From NCBI GenBank assembly GCA_054661495.1, contig BAAFSQ010000298.1, forward strand, positions 1-12,060: a DNA stretch of 12,060 nucleotides, written 5' to 3'. This DNA comes from Zygophlyctis sp. KS116 (taxonomy: Eukaryota > Fungi > Chytridiomycota). Positions 1 through 7,639 of the stretch are shown here, one piece after another. Under the pieces are notes generated by a model. That model was not told the origin of the DNA, made no database searches, and was given only the letters and a program-made list of their open reading frames with translations. Position numbers and translations under genes: made by a program. The number at the start of each line of letters is the position of its first letter. Position 1 is the stretch's first letter.

Positions 1-45
1 AAATTTAGGACGATGATGGGTGTGAACAACTATAATTTACAATAA
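1..45 (+). pseudogene. Extreme C-terminus of a Ty1/Copia Pol (RNase H tail)
   Basis: Frame 1 reads KFRTMMGVNNYNLQ*, resembling the typical Copia terminal motif FR..(L/M)G(V/L). It is followed by a purine tract and a TG..CA LTR candidate in the expected order. Confidence 0.5.
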
Positions 46-96
46 TCATTAAAATTCCTACACAATGCCATAGTAGACGTACTATTGCGAATATGC

Positions 97-107
97 AGGA
101 ATGGGGG
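97..107 (+). promoter_or_regulatory. Polypurine tract (plus-strand primer) of Copia element A
   Basis: AGGAATGGGGG directly abuts TGTGACAG at 108. Confidence 0.55.
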
Positions 108-268
108 TGTGACAGATTATTGAGATTAGGTTAATGTGCAGCCTGTAGCTCTAGGTGAAGTGGCGTATGGACACAGAAGAGAAAAAGGAATCCCTTATTG
201 ATTACTGAGGTGAACTGGAAAATAAGAAATAAAGGATTACTTTTACTGAATTATAAATCCTGTTAACA
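108..268 (+). mobile_element. 3' LTR of Copia element A (~161 bp)
   Basis: Starts TGTGACAG and ends CTGTTAACA (imperfect terminal inverted repeat, TG..CA). Contains AATAAA at 228-233 and is preceded by a PPT. Its end at 268 is where the Gypsy integrase frame (...RFKAGDVV) stops looking like integrase. Confidence 0.6.
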
Positions 269-1120
269 ACATCACCTGCCTTAAACCTAGCATCAGTTAT
301 CCCTACCTGAGAGTCGTATCGGTCTTTCATTCGTACAGCTTGCATCTTTAATCTCTGAAGAGCTGCAGCTCTATTCTGCCCAAGTTTAGCTAATTCATGG
401 CTTGTATATTGAGCTACATTTGCAGGATCATTTAAATCTAAAATTTAGGGTGGCAGGACAGGTAATTCATCTCCTGGTATTCGAGGCTCTAACCCATGGC
501 ATAAATAAAAAGCAGAAAATCCTGTAGCATTATTAATCCGAGCATTAAGTATAAACTGTGTCAGCGGCACAAACTCGTCCCAACGTGTAGGATCCCCATT
601 ACAAAGTTTGGTTATTATGTTATTTACCTCTCTATGACCACGTTCCAGAGTTCCAGTTGTCCTGGGAGTATTTGAAGCTGAAGGCAAGTGTTGAGTGTCT
701 AGCACTTTCAAATATTCTTTAAGCAAATCGTTTACAAAGGCTCTGTCAGATGCAATTTCTTCAGGTACACCAAATCTGCAGATGCAATTGGCTGCGGTTT
801 TTAAGGTTCTTTCTTTAGTTCTAACAAGGATTATGAATTTCGTGGCGTAACAACGAGCTGTGAATAAATTTGTGAATCCATTTTTCGTTTTTGGTAGATC
901 CTGGATAAAATCTATTCCCCATTTGGCAAAAGGCATTCCTACTGGTTCGTGAGGCTGAAATGGTCTAAAGGAACGGCAGTACGGGAGGCGTTTGTAATTG
1001 ACATTGGGGGCACGAGGACTGATAAACCTTAATATCTTGATGCATTGTTGGCCAAAAGTACCGATTTCTAAGTAAAGAATATAGCGTATTAGTGGCCATG
1101 TGTCCTAGTGTTAAATGCTA
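269..1120 (-). pseudogene. Gypsy integrase (HHCC finger, DDE core, C-terminal region)
   Basis: HLTLGH...RYFWPTMHQDIKVYQSSCPQC (~1117-1001), frameshift into ORF 445-936 (WGIDFI / IASDR / GTLERGH / TGFSAFYLCHG). In-frame TAA at 445-447, then the frame continues ...MKDRYDSQVGITDARFKAGDVV to ~269. Confidence 0.93.
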
Positions 1121-1379
1121 TTTAATGATTAAATCTTGCCGTTGCTGATAAGGAACGTAAGGAACTTGGTAAGAATGACCATTGAGACTGAACTTGAAAA
1201 ACAACCTGCCTCCTTGAATACAAATTGCCGTTCCATCTTAAGTATCTTATGAAGCAATTTTGGGGCAATAACTACCGGTAATTCTCCAGACCAAAGAAAA
1301 TTAAGCAAGACCTGAAACCAGAAAGGGTCCCTTGTTTCTGTCCTAATCACGATCTAGTTTAGTTAATCCGAGACTAGCC

Positions 1380-2319
1380 TGGCGACTCAGTGCGTCGGAT
1401 ACCACTTTCTTGTTTCCAGATCTATAACAAATAATGAAATTAAAACAGGGACCATCGGGCTTGTCGTCGGTTGAGAGATCTGCTACTTTGAAAGTAAGTT
1501 AAGTTTTTGTGATCTGGGTAGATTTTCACGGAAATCCGATGCGTCTACTTCCAAGAAAAATTGTTTATTTTGATCAGGATATTCTAAAATTACATGTTTC
1601 GCAAAAGAGTTTTCCAGGCTCAAGAAGCTATCCTGCTCCCTCTTCTTTAACTTCGTGGGATCCATTTTGATACCTTTCTTAGAGAGCACATGACCCAAGA
1701 AAGGAACTTCATTTTGGAGAAATGAACTATTCTCCATTTTGACAAGGAGCTGATTCTTTCTAAGTCTTCTAAAAACCTCTAATAGTAGCTTATCATGTTC
1801 TTCACGAGTACTAGCGTAAATAAGGATGTCGTCAATATAAATAAGAGCTCCTTTATCAATCAGATCACCAAATATTGAGCTCGTCAAGGTCTGGAAGGTC
1901 CCAGGGGCGTTTTTCATGCCAAACGGAATTACAAGATACTCAAAATGACCGTACTTGGTCCTAAAAGCTGTCAAATACTCTTTCCCAGGTTCGATCCTGA
2001 CCAAATTAAAAGCAGACTTCAAATCGATTTTACTAAACCAAATACTACCATGAACTCTAGCCAACATGTCTTTAATTATAGGAAGTGCAGCTCGTTTTGT
2101 TTTAGTTGCAGCATTCAAAGCTCGATAATCCACACAAAGGCGAAGTGAACCATCCCCCTCCTTTACAAACATGACTGGGGCACCGGCTGGTGATTTCGAC
2201 TTACGTATTATGCCAGATTTAAGTGCTCCATCTAGGTACTTTCTCAAAACATCCTCTTCATCTTTTGAAAGGGAATAAATAGGTCCAAAGGGAATGGATT
2301 TCCCGTCAATCAGATCCAC
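1380..2319 (-). pseudogene. Gypsy reverse transcriptase plus internally deleted RNase H
   Basis: LRLCVDYRALN, FSKIDLKSAF, TAFRTKYGHFEYLVIPFGMKNAP, YIDD, FLGHV. RNase H: EVDASD, then in shifted frames [17 protein letters not shown] and YRSGNKKVVSDALSR. Confidence 0.96.
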
Positions 2320-2559
2320 TTACATATCAATCCCGGGTCTGTTGGGTGGCAATTGAGCGAACTCCAAATTTGTAAATAATTCCTGATAATTTCGTTCTAA
2401 ATATTCTTTCATTTCATCATGACAGCTTTTTTCCTTGACTGCAATATTACTCTCTTGATCAAATATATCTAAATTAGAAACTTGCCTTTGAGGAACTCCT
2501 TCTGGGCAATCCGGAGTTCCTTTAACAATTTCTTTCTTAAATTCGACTTCTCCGAGTCT

Positions 2560-2900
2560 CCAGTTTAGCATCGGGTTGTGTTTCTCCGTAGCCCATAATA
2601 ACAGCGTTTCTTGGTGATTCTATCACAAGTCACGCTAAAACTTCTTTAAAAGTTCCATAATTTATAATTGAGAGAACCTTCTGAGCAATCTTACCACTAC
2701 CGCATGGCGTACCATCAACGACGTGCACATTTACTGGTTTTTCCAGGTCGATAAGTTTGAGACCAGTGGCTCGGGCTAATGTTTGATCAATGTAAGCCAG
2801 TCCCATGGCACCCGAATCAACCAGTGCGCTTATGTTCACTCTTTTATTACTGGTTTCTAAACAGGCTTTTATCTTCAATACGGTTCCGTTAAAACAATTC
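2560..2900 (-). pseudogene. Gypsy aspartic protease (retropepsin)
   Basis: ALVDSGA active-site motif, VHVVDG flap, and a broken C-terminal motif VIMG..[frameshift]EKHNPMLNW. Confidence 0.9.
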
Positions 2901-3055
2901 ACAGAATACATTCCCATACTAACATCCGGCTCAATATATCTAAAATTCAAATTGTTATAATCTTTAACTTGCCTCTGAGGGACTCCATCTCTCGGCTCAA
3001 GATCCGGAATCCATGGTTGAGGTGGAACCTCATTAATGTGATCTGGAAAATAAGT

Positions 3056-3448
3056 GATAAATGAGTTTGCAGTTGTTACTATTTTAAAATATCTTGCTTC
3101 TACCTCTGCCAGCACTTAGTTCTCAAAAGTAAAGAGTATCCAAAATTTAGATCTCAAATTCAAATTCAAGACTATTATCCTTCCATTATAGGAAACTTAC
3201 ATACTGCAGAAGCGGCTATATTAAAGGAAGACGAAGAGTCTGTAGTTACACATTAAAAATTGTTGCCTTAGTAGAGTTCTTAAAAAAAGAATTAGACGAA
3301 CATCAAAATAACCTCAGACAACTCAAAGTGATACAATCAAGTCTTAAAGAAGCATTTCAGTATAAGCAAGACGCTGAGAAATACCGTAACTCCAACGAAA
3401 TTCCTCAAACTTGGAGAGATCTTAACAGATATACAAATTTTTTATTAG
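3056..3448 (+). pseudogene. C-terminal fragment of a Mutator-like (MULE) transposase with SWIM zinc finger
   Basis: Not in the ORF track. Reads DK*VCSCYYFKISCFYLCQHLV (CxC-x10-CxH SWIM pattern; TGA where W is expected). After a frameshift near 3255 it continues as a helical tail ending IPQTWRDLNRYTNF. Confidence 0.7.
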
Positions 3449-3550
3449 TTTATTTTTTACTTTAGCTTTTTCCTATCTGAAACTTTATGCCATCTCATAG
3501 GTGAATGTTGGAAGTTGATCGTTTTTCTACAACATTCAAGAAAATGATGT

Positions 3551-3780
3551 ATTAAAATTGAATGTTGAAAATTGAAAAAAAAGGTATATTGGTTAAGTGT
3601 GCTAGGGTTAGGGTAAGTTGAATGTTTAAAATAGAAAGAAGAGTGTTGTATTAAAAAATAAGTGTAATAGATTAAAATTGAATGTTTAAAATAGAAAGTA
3701 GAGTGTTGTATTAAAGAATAAGTGTAATAGGATTAATATTGAATGTTGAAAATAGAAAGTAGAGTGTTGTAATAAAGAAT
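3551..3780. repeat. Tandem array, 60-61 bp period, ~3.7 copies
   Basis: Unit TTGAATGTTTAAAATAGAAAGTAGAGTGTTGTATTAAAGAATAAGTGTAATAG(G)ATTAAAA starts at 3618, 3678 and 3739 (partial), with a degenerate copy at 3558. Confidence 0.92.
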
Positions 3781-3829
3781 GTTCAATAGTTTTAAAAAAA
3801 ATTGCTTAAGAGAATTTTTTTTCTATGCA

Positions 3830-5021
3830 ATAAGAGGGTTTGAAAATCCATGTGCCAGGTAAAATGGGGGTAAATTCAGTCGTTAAATGAATTCGAGAAT
3901 TTAAACTGAAAACAGCTGAATCAACATACAAATCCCACTTTTGCCACAGCCCATCACACATTTTGCGAAGAAGACTCTAATAATCCATTTACTCTCTCAA
4001 CTAACCCATTAGTTTGATGATGATATGCTGATAAATGATTCAAAAGAATTACCTGACTGTCACATAATCTTTAAAATTATGTAAAAAATAGCTTCCTCTA
4101 TCAGTAATAATTTGATGAGGGACTCCAAATCGGGTACTGATGAGATAAAGCAAACTTAGAGCTGTATTTGTACTGCGGTCCTTAGTAGGGATTGCCACAG
4201 TATATCTTGTTGATCTATCTGTTGCTATTAGAATTTGTGTATTTCCTTGAAGAGACGGCTCCATATCTGAATAAAATCCATATGCCATGTATGGAATGTT
4301 ATTCCTGGGTTTGGAAGAGGGTGCTTAGGATGTTTCGTAGGACTGTGACAACGTGTATGTGATTGGCAAATTTTACAGTTTCTAGAATACTCTTCAAAAT
4401 CAGAGTACATTCTAGGCCAACAATAGCGAACTACCAAGGAAGCATATGTAGCTTTATGACTAAAATGACCCAAGACTTCATGCAATTCTCTCATTTTTTC
4501 AGTGCGATGTTCAGAGATTAGATAAGGAACTGCTGGCACTTAGGTACATTTAACCTTTCGCAAAAGTTGACCATCCTTGATTTCAAGTAAAGGGCGCTGC
4601 TTCTGGATACATTTTTGAAACCTTTTGGGAAGAGATTCTGGAATTTCGACATTATGTTAAACATAAAAATTATTTGTTAGTGTGGGATCACGAGCAGCCA
4701 ACTCCTCCAATGTAACATCGTTCCTCTCAGTTGTGTCACTTGATGCAGAATCAACTTGTAATGCATGAATAGATTTATCTGGAGACAGCATTAGTGCAGT
4801 TTTAATCAAATCAACATCCTTTCAATCCTCTCGCCGGGACAGTATATCAGCCACAACATTATTTCTTCCTGAGATGTGTTAATAACGAAGTTAAATTGCC
4901 ATCGCGGCTGTCGTTGATTCAAACGTTGAGTACCCTTGAAGTAGAGGAAATTCTTGTGATCGCTATGTATTTCAATAGGTATCGATGTATCAACCAATAA
5001 ATGTCTCCAATGTACTAAACA
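3830..5021 (-). mobile_element. Degenerate Ty3/Gypsy RNase H-integrase fragment (element G2)
   Basis: RNase H: CLVHWRHLL..SDHKNFLYF..LNQRQPRW..NVVADILSR. Integrase: LHEVLGH..YCWPRM..CKIC, WHMDFIQ, RFGVPHQIITDRGSYF, SAYHHQTNGLVERVNG, KWDLYV..FSLNSRIH..FYLAHG. Many frameshifts. Confidence 0.93.
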
Positions 5022-5298
5022 CCTTAAACTTGTCATTAAGCAAATTATTAGGTCTAGGGGATTAACAATAGCCTTAACCTTGTCATAAATATGCCTAAGA
5101 GAAACCCCACTCAGAGAGGGTATTGGGCAAATTTACGCGTTTGCCTCTCAATTCATCCCCAGTCGTGTTTAGGCTAAAATCAAAAAAGCCATTTTCATCC
5201 AAACACCAGAGTTAAAAACGCCTAAAATTCCCCCGTCGAATTTTTAACCAAACGCAAATTATATAGAGCAAAATAATGAAAACAATGATGGGAATACT

Positions 5299-5992
5299 TT
5301 GAAAACTCCTAGTAAAAGAGGTTCAAAGTATGCTCCAATTGAAAATCTTCTTCTTACAAAAGCTTATTTGAAAGCATCCGAATCGGCAAACGGTGTTTCT
5401 CAACGCAAAGAAGTTTTTGCCTCCAACATACGGGATATATTTGGTCAGATGGTACAGACGAGTTTTGAAGAAGTAGTTTATGAAGAAGCACTAGCAAGAC
5501 CTCCAAATGGTTTGGTAGACAGATTCGCAATTATCAAGAAATAATGTTTATAACCCTACTTTTATAGCAAGGCCAAAAAATTAAATGGATATAACTAAGA
5601 ACAATGCCCTCAACATGTTCTGGAAGAATACAATAAGAAAAAGGAAAATAAGGTGAACAAAAAAACTGGTTCACAAGTACCTTTCCCATTCATGGAATGC
5701 TTTCAAGTTTTAATAGAATACACTATATCGGTATTTAGGAAGAAAAAAAAGGGTTACAACATTCGATTATGGAAGAAAGAAAATTGATAAAATCAATGTT
5801 GTATATAAAGGATTGGACTATGCCACTAAAATGGGTAATCAAAGTCTCCTAGACCAGCTTTCTATGAAGCTGGAAGATTTATATTGTCAGCTAAATAATC
5901 GAGAAGATAGTTACGATAATAACCCATATGCTGTCCAAATAGCGGAGGTACGGGATTGGTATAGTATAAATACTATTAATCACAACTTCTAA
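5299..5992 (+). pseudogene. Harbinger-associated Myb/SANT-like (NAM-associated type) DNA-binding protein
   Basis: ENLLLTKAYLKASE..GVSQRKEVFASNI...R..NGLVDRFAIIKK matches the pattern E..L..A(W/Y)..S..G..Q....F...I...R....L..R(W/F)..I. Downstream fragments include VPFPFMECFQVL (~5680-5712) and an open tail to TAA at 5990-5992. Confidence 0.75.
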
Positions 5993-6061
5993 TAAATCTG
6001 TTCATTCTGCTCATATTCTTCATATTCTTCATCAAATAAACTTTAATGCTGAATCCTGCAG

Positions 6062-6535
6062 TGATCATCTAAATTCCAAATATGCTTTACGTGGCAATTT
6101 TTGAGTTCCATTCTATGTTCCTTAGAAATAATATCTTCCGCTAAGCGCAATGGTGGGAGTGATTCGTCGTTATCAATGCCTTAGTGACTTTCTATGTTTG
6201 GATCTCGATTTGAGCCGCAGTATCCCATTTCACAAGAATTCTTAATTATTGCGAAACGCCTTTGAAGGACTCCGAAAGCCCTTATCTTCCAGAAATTTAC
6301 AAAACAGTTTTTCGACTTTAGTTATGGGGTTCGATATTCTGGTAACAATTCATGGATAATTTTTATAAATTCCATCCCCGAATTTAAAACTGGATTTAAC
6401 TTGAGTTTAAAAAAATCATCGCAACGTTCCACAGAATGGCAGATTTTAAGAATGGCAGATTTTTAAGAACAGACTTAGTGACATACTAAATCTTTTCCGA
6501 AATCTTTCTGGTGGAAAGATCGGATTATTATTAAC
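6062..6535 (-). pseudogene. Harbinger/PIF DDE nuclease, heavily deleted
   Basis: Not in the ORF track. NPIFPPERFRKRFSMSLSLFLKICHSVERCDDFFKLK (~6535-6400, broken by a tandem duplication), GDGIY (6365-6379), RAFGVLQRRFAII (~6244-6282), C-terminal HVKHIW. Confidence 0.88.
6433..6469. repeat. 16/17-bp tandem duplication (AGAATGGCAGATTTT(T)A x2) frameshifting the Harbinger nuclease
   Basis: Direct copies at 6433-6448 and 6449-6465. Removing the 16-bp copy restores LFLKICHSVERCDD. Confidence 0.85.
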
Positions 6536-6540
6536 CCCAA

Positions 6541-6975
6541 CCCTGGTTTTAGTTTTTGTAATTTGTTTTCTGCCAAATCATTTTCATTAGGATTGCGAAA
6601 GGCCAAAGAAAATCTCTCCCAAAAACTTTCAAAAGATTTAGAAGACTTAGTCTGCATTTTACTCTCCTGAATCTGAAAAGAAGTGAACCATTTTAAAGCA
6701 CTACTAGACAAACGCGTACCAATGTAGATAATCTTTGAGCATTTTGTTGAGAATCTTTTAGGCTGGTTACGAAAAAAGGCACCAACTTGGACTTCAAAGG
6801 AGGAGAAATCGTCAGAGTTACCACTGTACATTGTTTTGTATCCTTCACCTCCACAATTGTTACCATATCATGCATCATTCTATCCATCAAATCAGTTCTT
6901 GAGGGTAGTGAGTTTATTGTAGGTTCCTCTCTAGGAGATTGAGCACGCATATTAGCTTCAGGTCTGCGCCAAGGC
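6541..6975 (-). pseudogene. Ty3/Gypsy Gag capsid fragment (retrotransposon gag domain)
   Basis: YSGNSDDFSSF..Q...FF..QP.RF....KI.YIGTRLSSSALKWF...SFESFWERFSLAFRNPN...AENKLQKLK. The N-terminal part (MRAQSPREE...) is in a shifted frame. The tail of ORF 6475-6831 below ~6540 is out-of-frame Harbinger sequence. Confidence 0.88.
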
Positions 6976-6993
6976 TAAATTACCCCCTTTTAG

Positions 6994-7186
6994 TGTAAGG
7001 GTTTTTAATGGGCCTATCAGGTGGCGTATTTTTCTTTTACCCCAGTGGTTTATCTTCAATCTAGAATAAATCTCAAGTGAAAATTAGTCTAATTATCTAT
7101 TTTTTTTATTATCTTTCTTGAAATCTATAAATCAAATCTTTAGTCTTAGTGTTAAATCTAGGTTTATATGTGGCTTACGGTCGACA
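6994..7186 (+). mobile_element. Candidate 5' LTR of a self-priming (Tf1/sushi-like) Gypsy element
   Basis: TGTAAGGG...GTCGACA with AATAAA at 7065-7070. Internal AGTGGTTTAT (7044-7053) is the exact reverse complement of ATAAACCACT, 4 nt downstream of the CA end. Confidence 0.6.
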
Positions 7187-7190
7187 AATT

Positions 7191-7200
7191 ATAAACCACT
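7191..7200 (+). promoter_or_regulatory. Candidate self-priming primer-binding site
   Basis: 10/10 complementary to 7044-7053 within the LTR; lacks the TGG of a tRNA-3'-end PBS. Confidence 0.6.
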
Positions 7201-7236
7201 CTAATATATCTGTAAAAGAATTCTTTAAAATCTACT

Positions 7237-7560
7237 ATGGAAAATAGGTTTTGCTGCATGATCTGCTCAATCTCCTGTCGGATCTCGTCCTAAAGATGCT
7301 GGACTTGGAGGTTCTCGCCCTGCTACCCTCTGAAATCGGAAGTATCAAATCTATTAATAAATCTTAATCAGCGTTCGTTGCAATTGGAGTCTTTGGGATC
7401 TGTGTTACCTACTTCAAATCTTAGTTTCTTGGTCAAAGTTGTCTGATTTAGAACTTTGATAGCTCATTTTAAAGATCACAAAAAGCTGGAAAACATACTA
7501 AAAACTAGAATGTAGATTATAAGAATTGGATGCGGTAGAGCAGGTTAAACAAGGAAATTT
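7237..7560 (+). pseudogene. Remnant of a Gag N-terminus downstream of the candidate LTR
   Basis: ATG at 7237, 36 nt after the PBS; broken frames SAQSPVGSRP.. and SEVSNLLINLNQRSLQLE. Shares TGCTCAATCTCCT (AQSP) and CTACCCTC with the N-terminus of the minus-strand gag. Confidence 0.4.
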
Positions 7561-7639
7561 CAACATGACTTCAAATGGATTTATCTTCTAAACGCGTTAT
7601 GCGATTAAGCTGAAAATTTAGTATGCTCATCTACTCTAT

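Larger units (their letters stand above)
269..3040 (-). mobile_element. Degenerate Ty3/Gypsy LTR retrotransposon pol region (element G1), order PR-RT-RH-IN
   Basis: Domain order on the minus strand is diagnostic for Ty3/Gypsy. Multiple stops, frameshifts and internal deletions; no LTRs of its own in view. Confidence 0.95.
5099..6535. mobile_element. PIF/Harbinger DNA transposon relic (two convergent genes)
   Basis: Myb/SANT-like gene on + and Harbinger nuclease on -, arranged tail-to-tail. The left boundary is tentative (TAA at 5096-5098 followed by GAGAAACCCCA); no matching right end was found. Confidence 0.8.

Noticed and set aside
108-268. Pairing this LTR with 9523-9671 or 6994-7186 as ends of one element
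   Set aside because: No extended similarity (only a GTGGCGTAT 9-mer with 7021-7029), and the order is wrong because a 3' LTR would precede the 5' LTR.
1945-2148. Plus-strand 67-aa ORF
   Set aside because: Antisense shadow of the RT; no motifs.
2320-2322. In-frame TAA between the PR linker and RT as programmed readthrough
   Set aside because: The element has many other inactivating lesions, and Gypsy recoding normally occurs at the gag-pol junction, not here; most likely a nonsense mutation.
3603-3613. Telomere-like TAGGGTTAGGG (also GGTTAGGGTTAG near 9151)
   Set aside because: Under two full units, so compatible with chance; the second lies within Gypsy pol sequence.
3551-3780. CRISPR-like periodicity
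   Set aside because: The whole 60-bp unit repeats with no unique spacers, there are no cas genes, and the context is eukaryotic transposons.
6982-6994. 13-bp inverted match ACCCCCTTTTAGT with 9091-9103 as possible TIRs
   Set aside because: The second copy lies inside RT coding sequence (PPFS), is homopolymer-rich, and does not sit at an element boundary.
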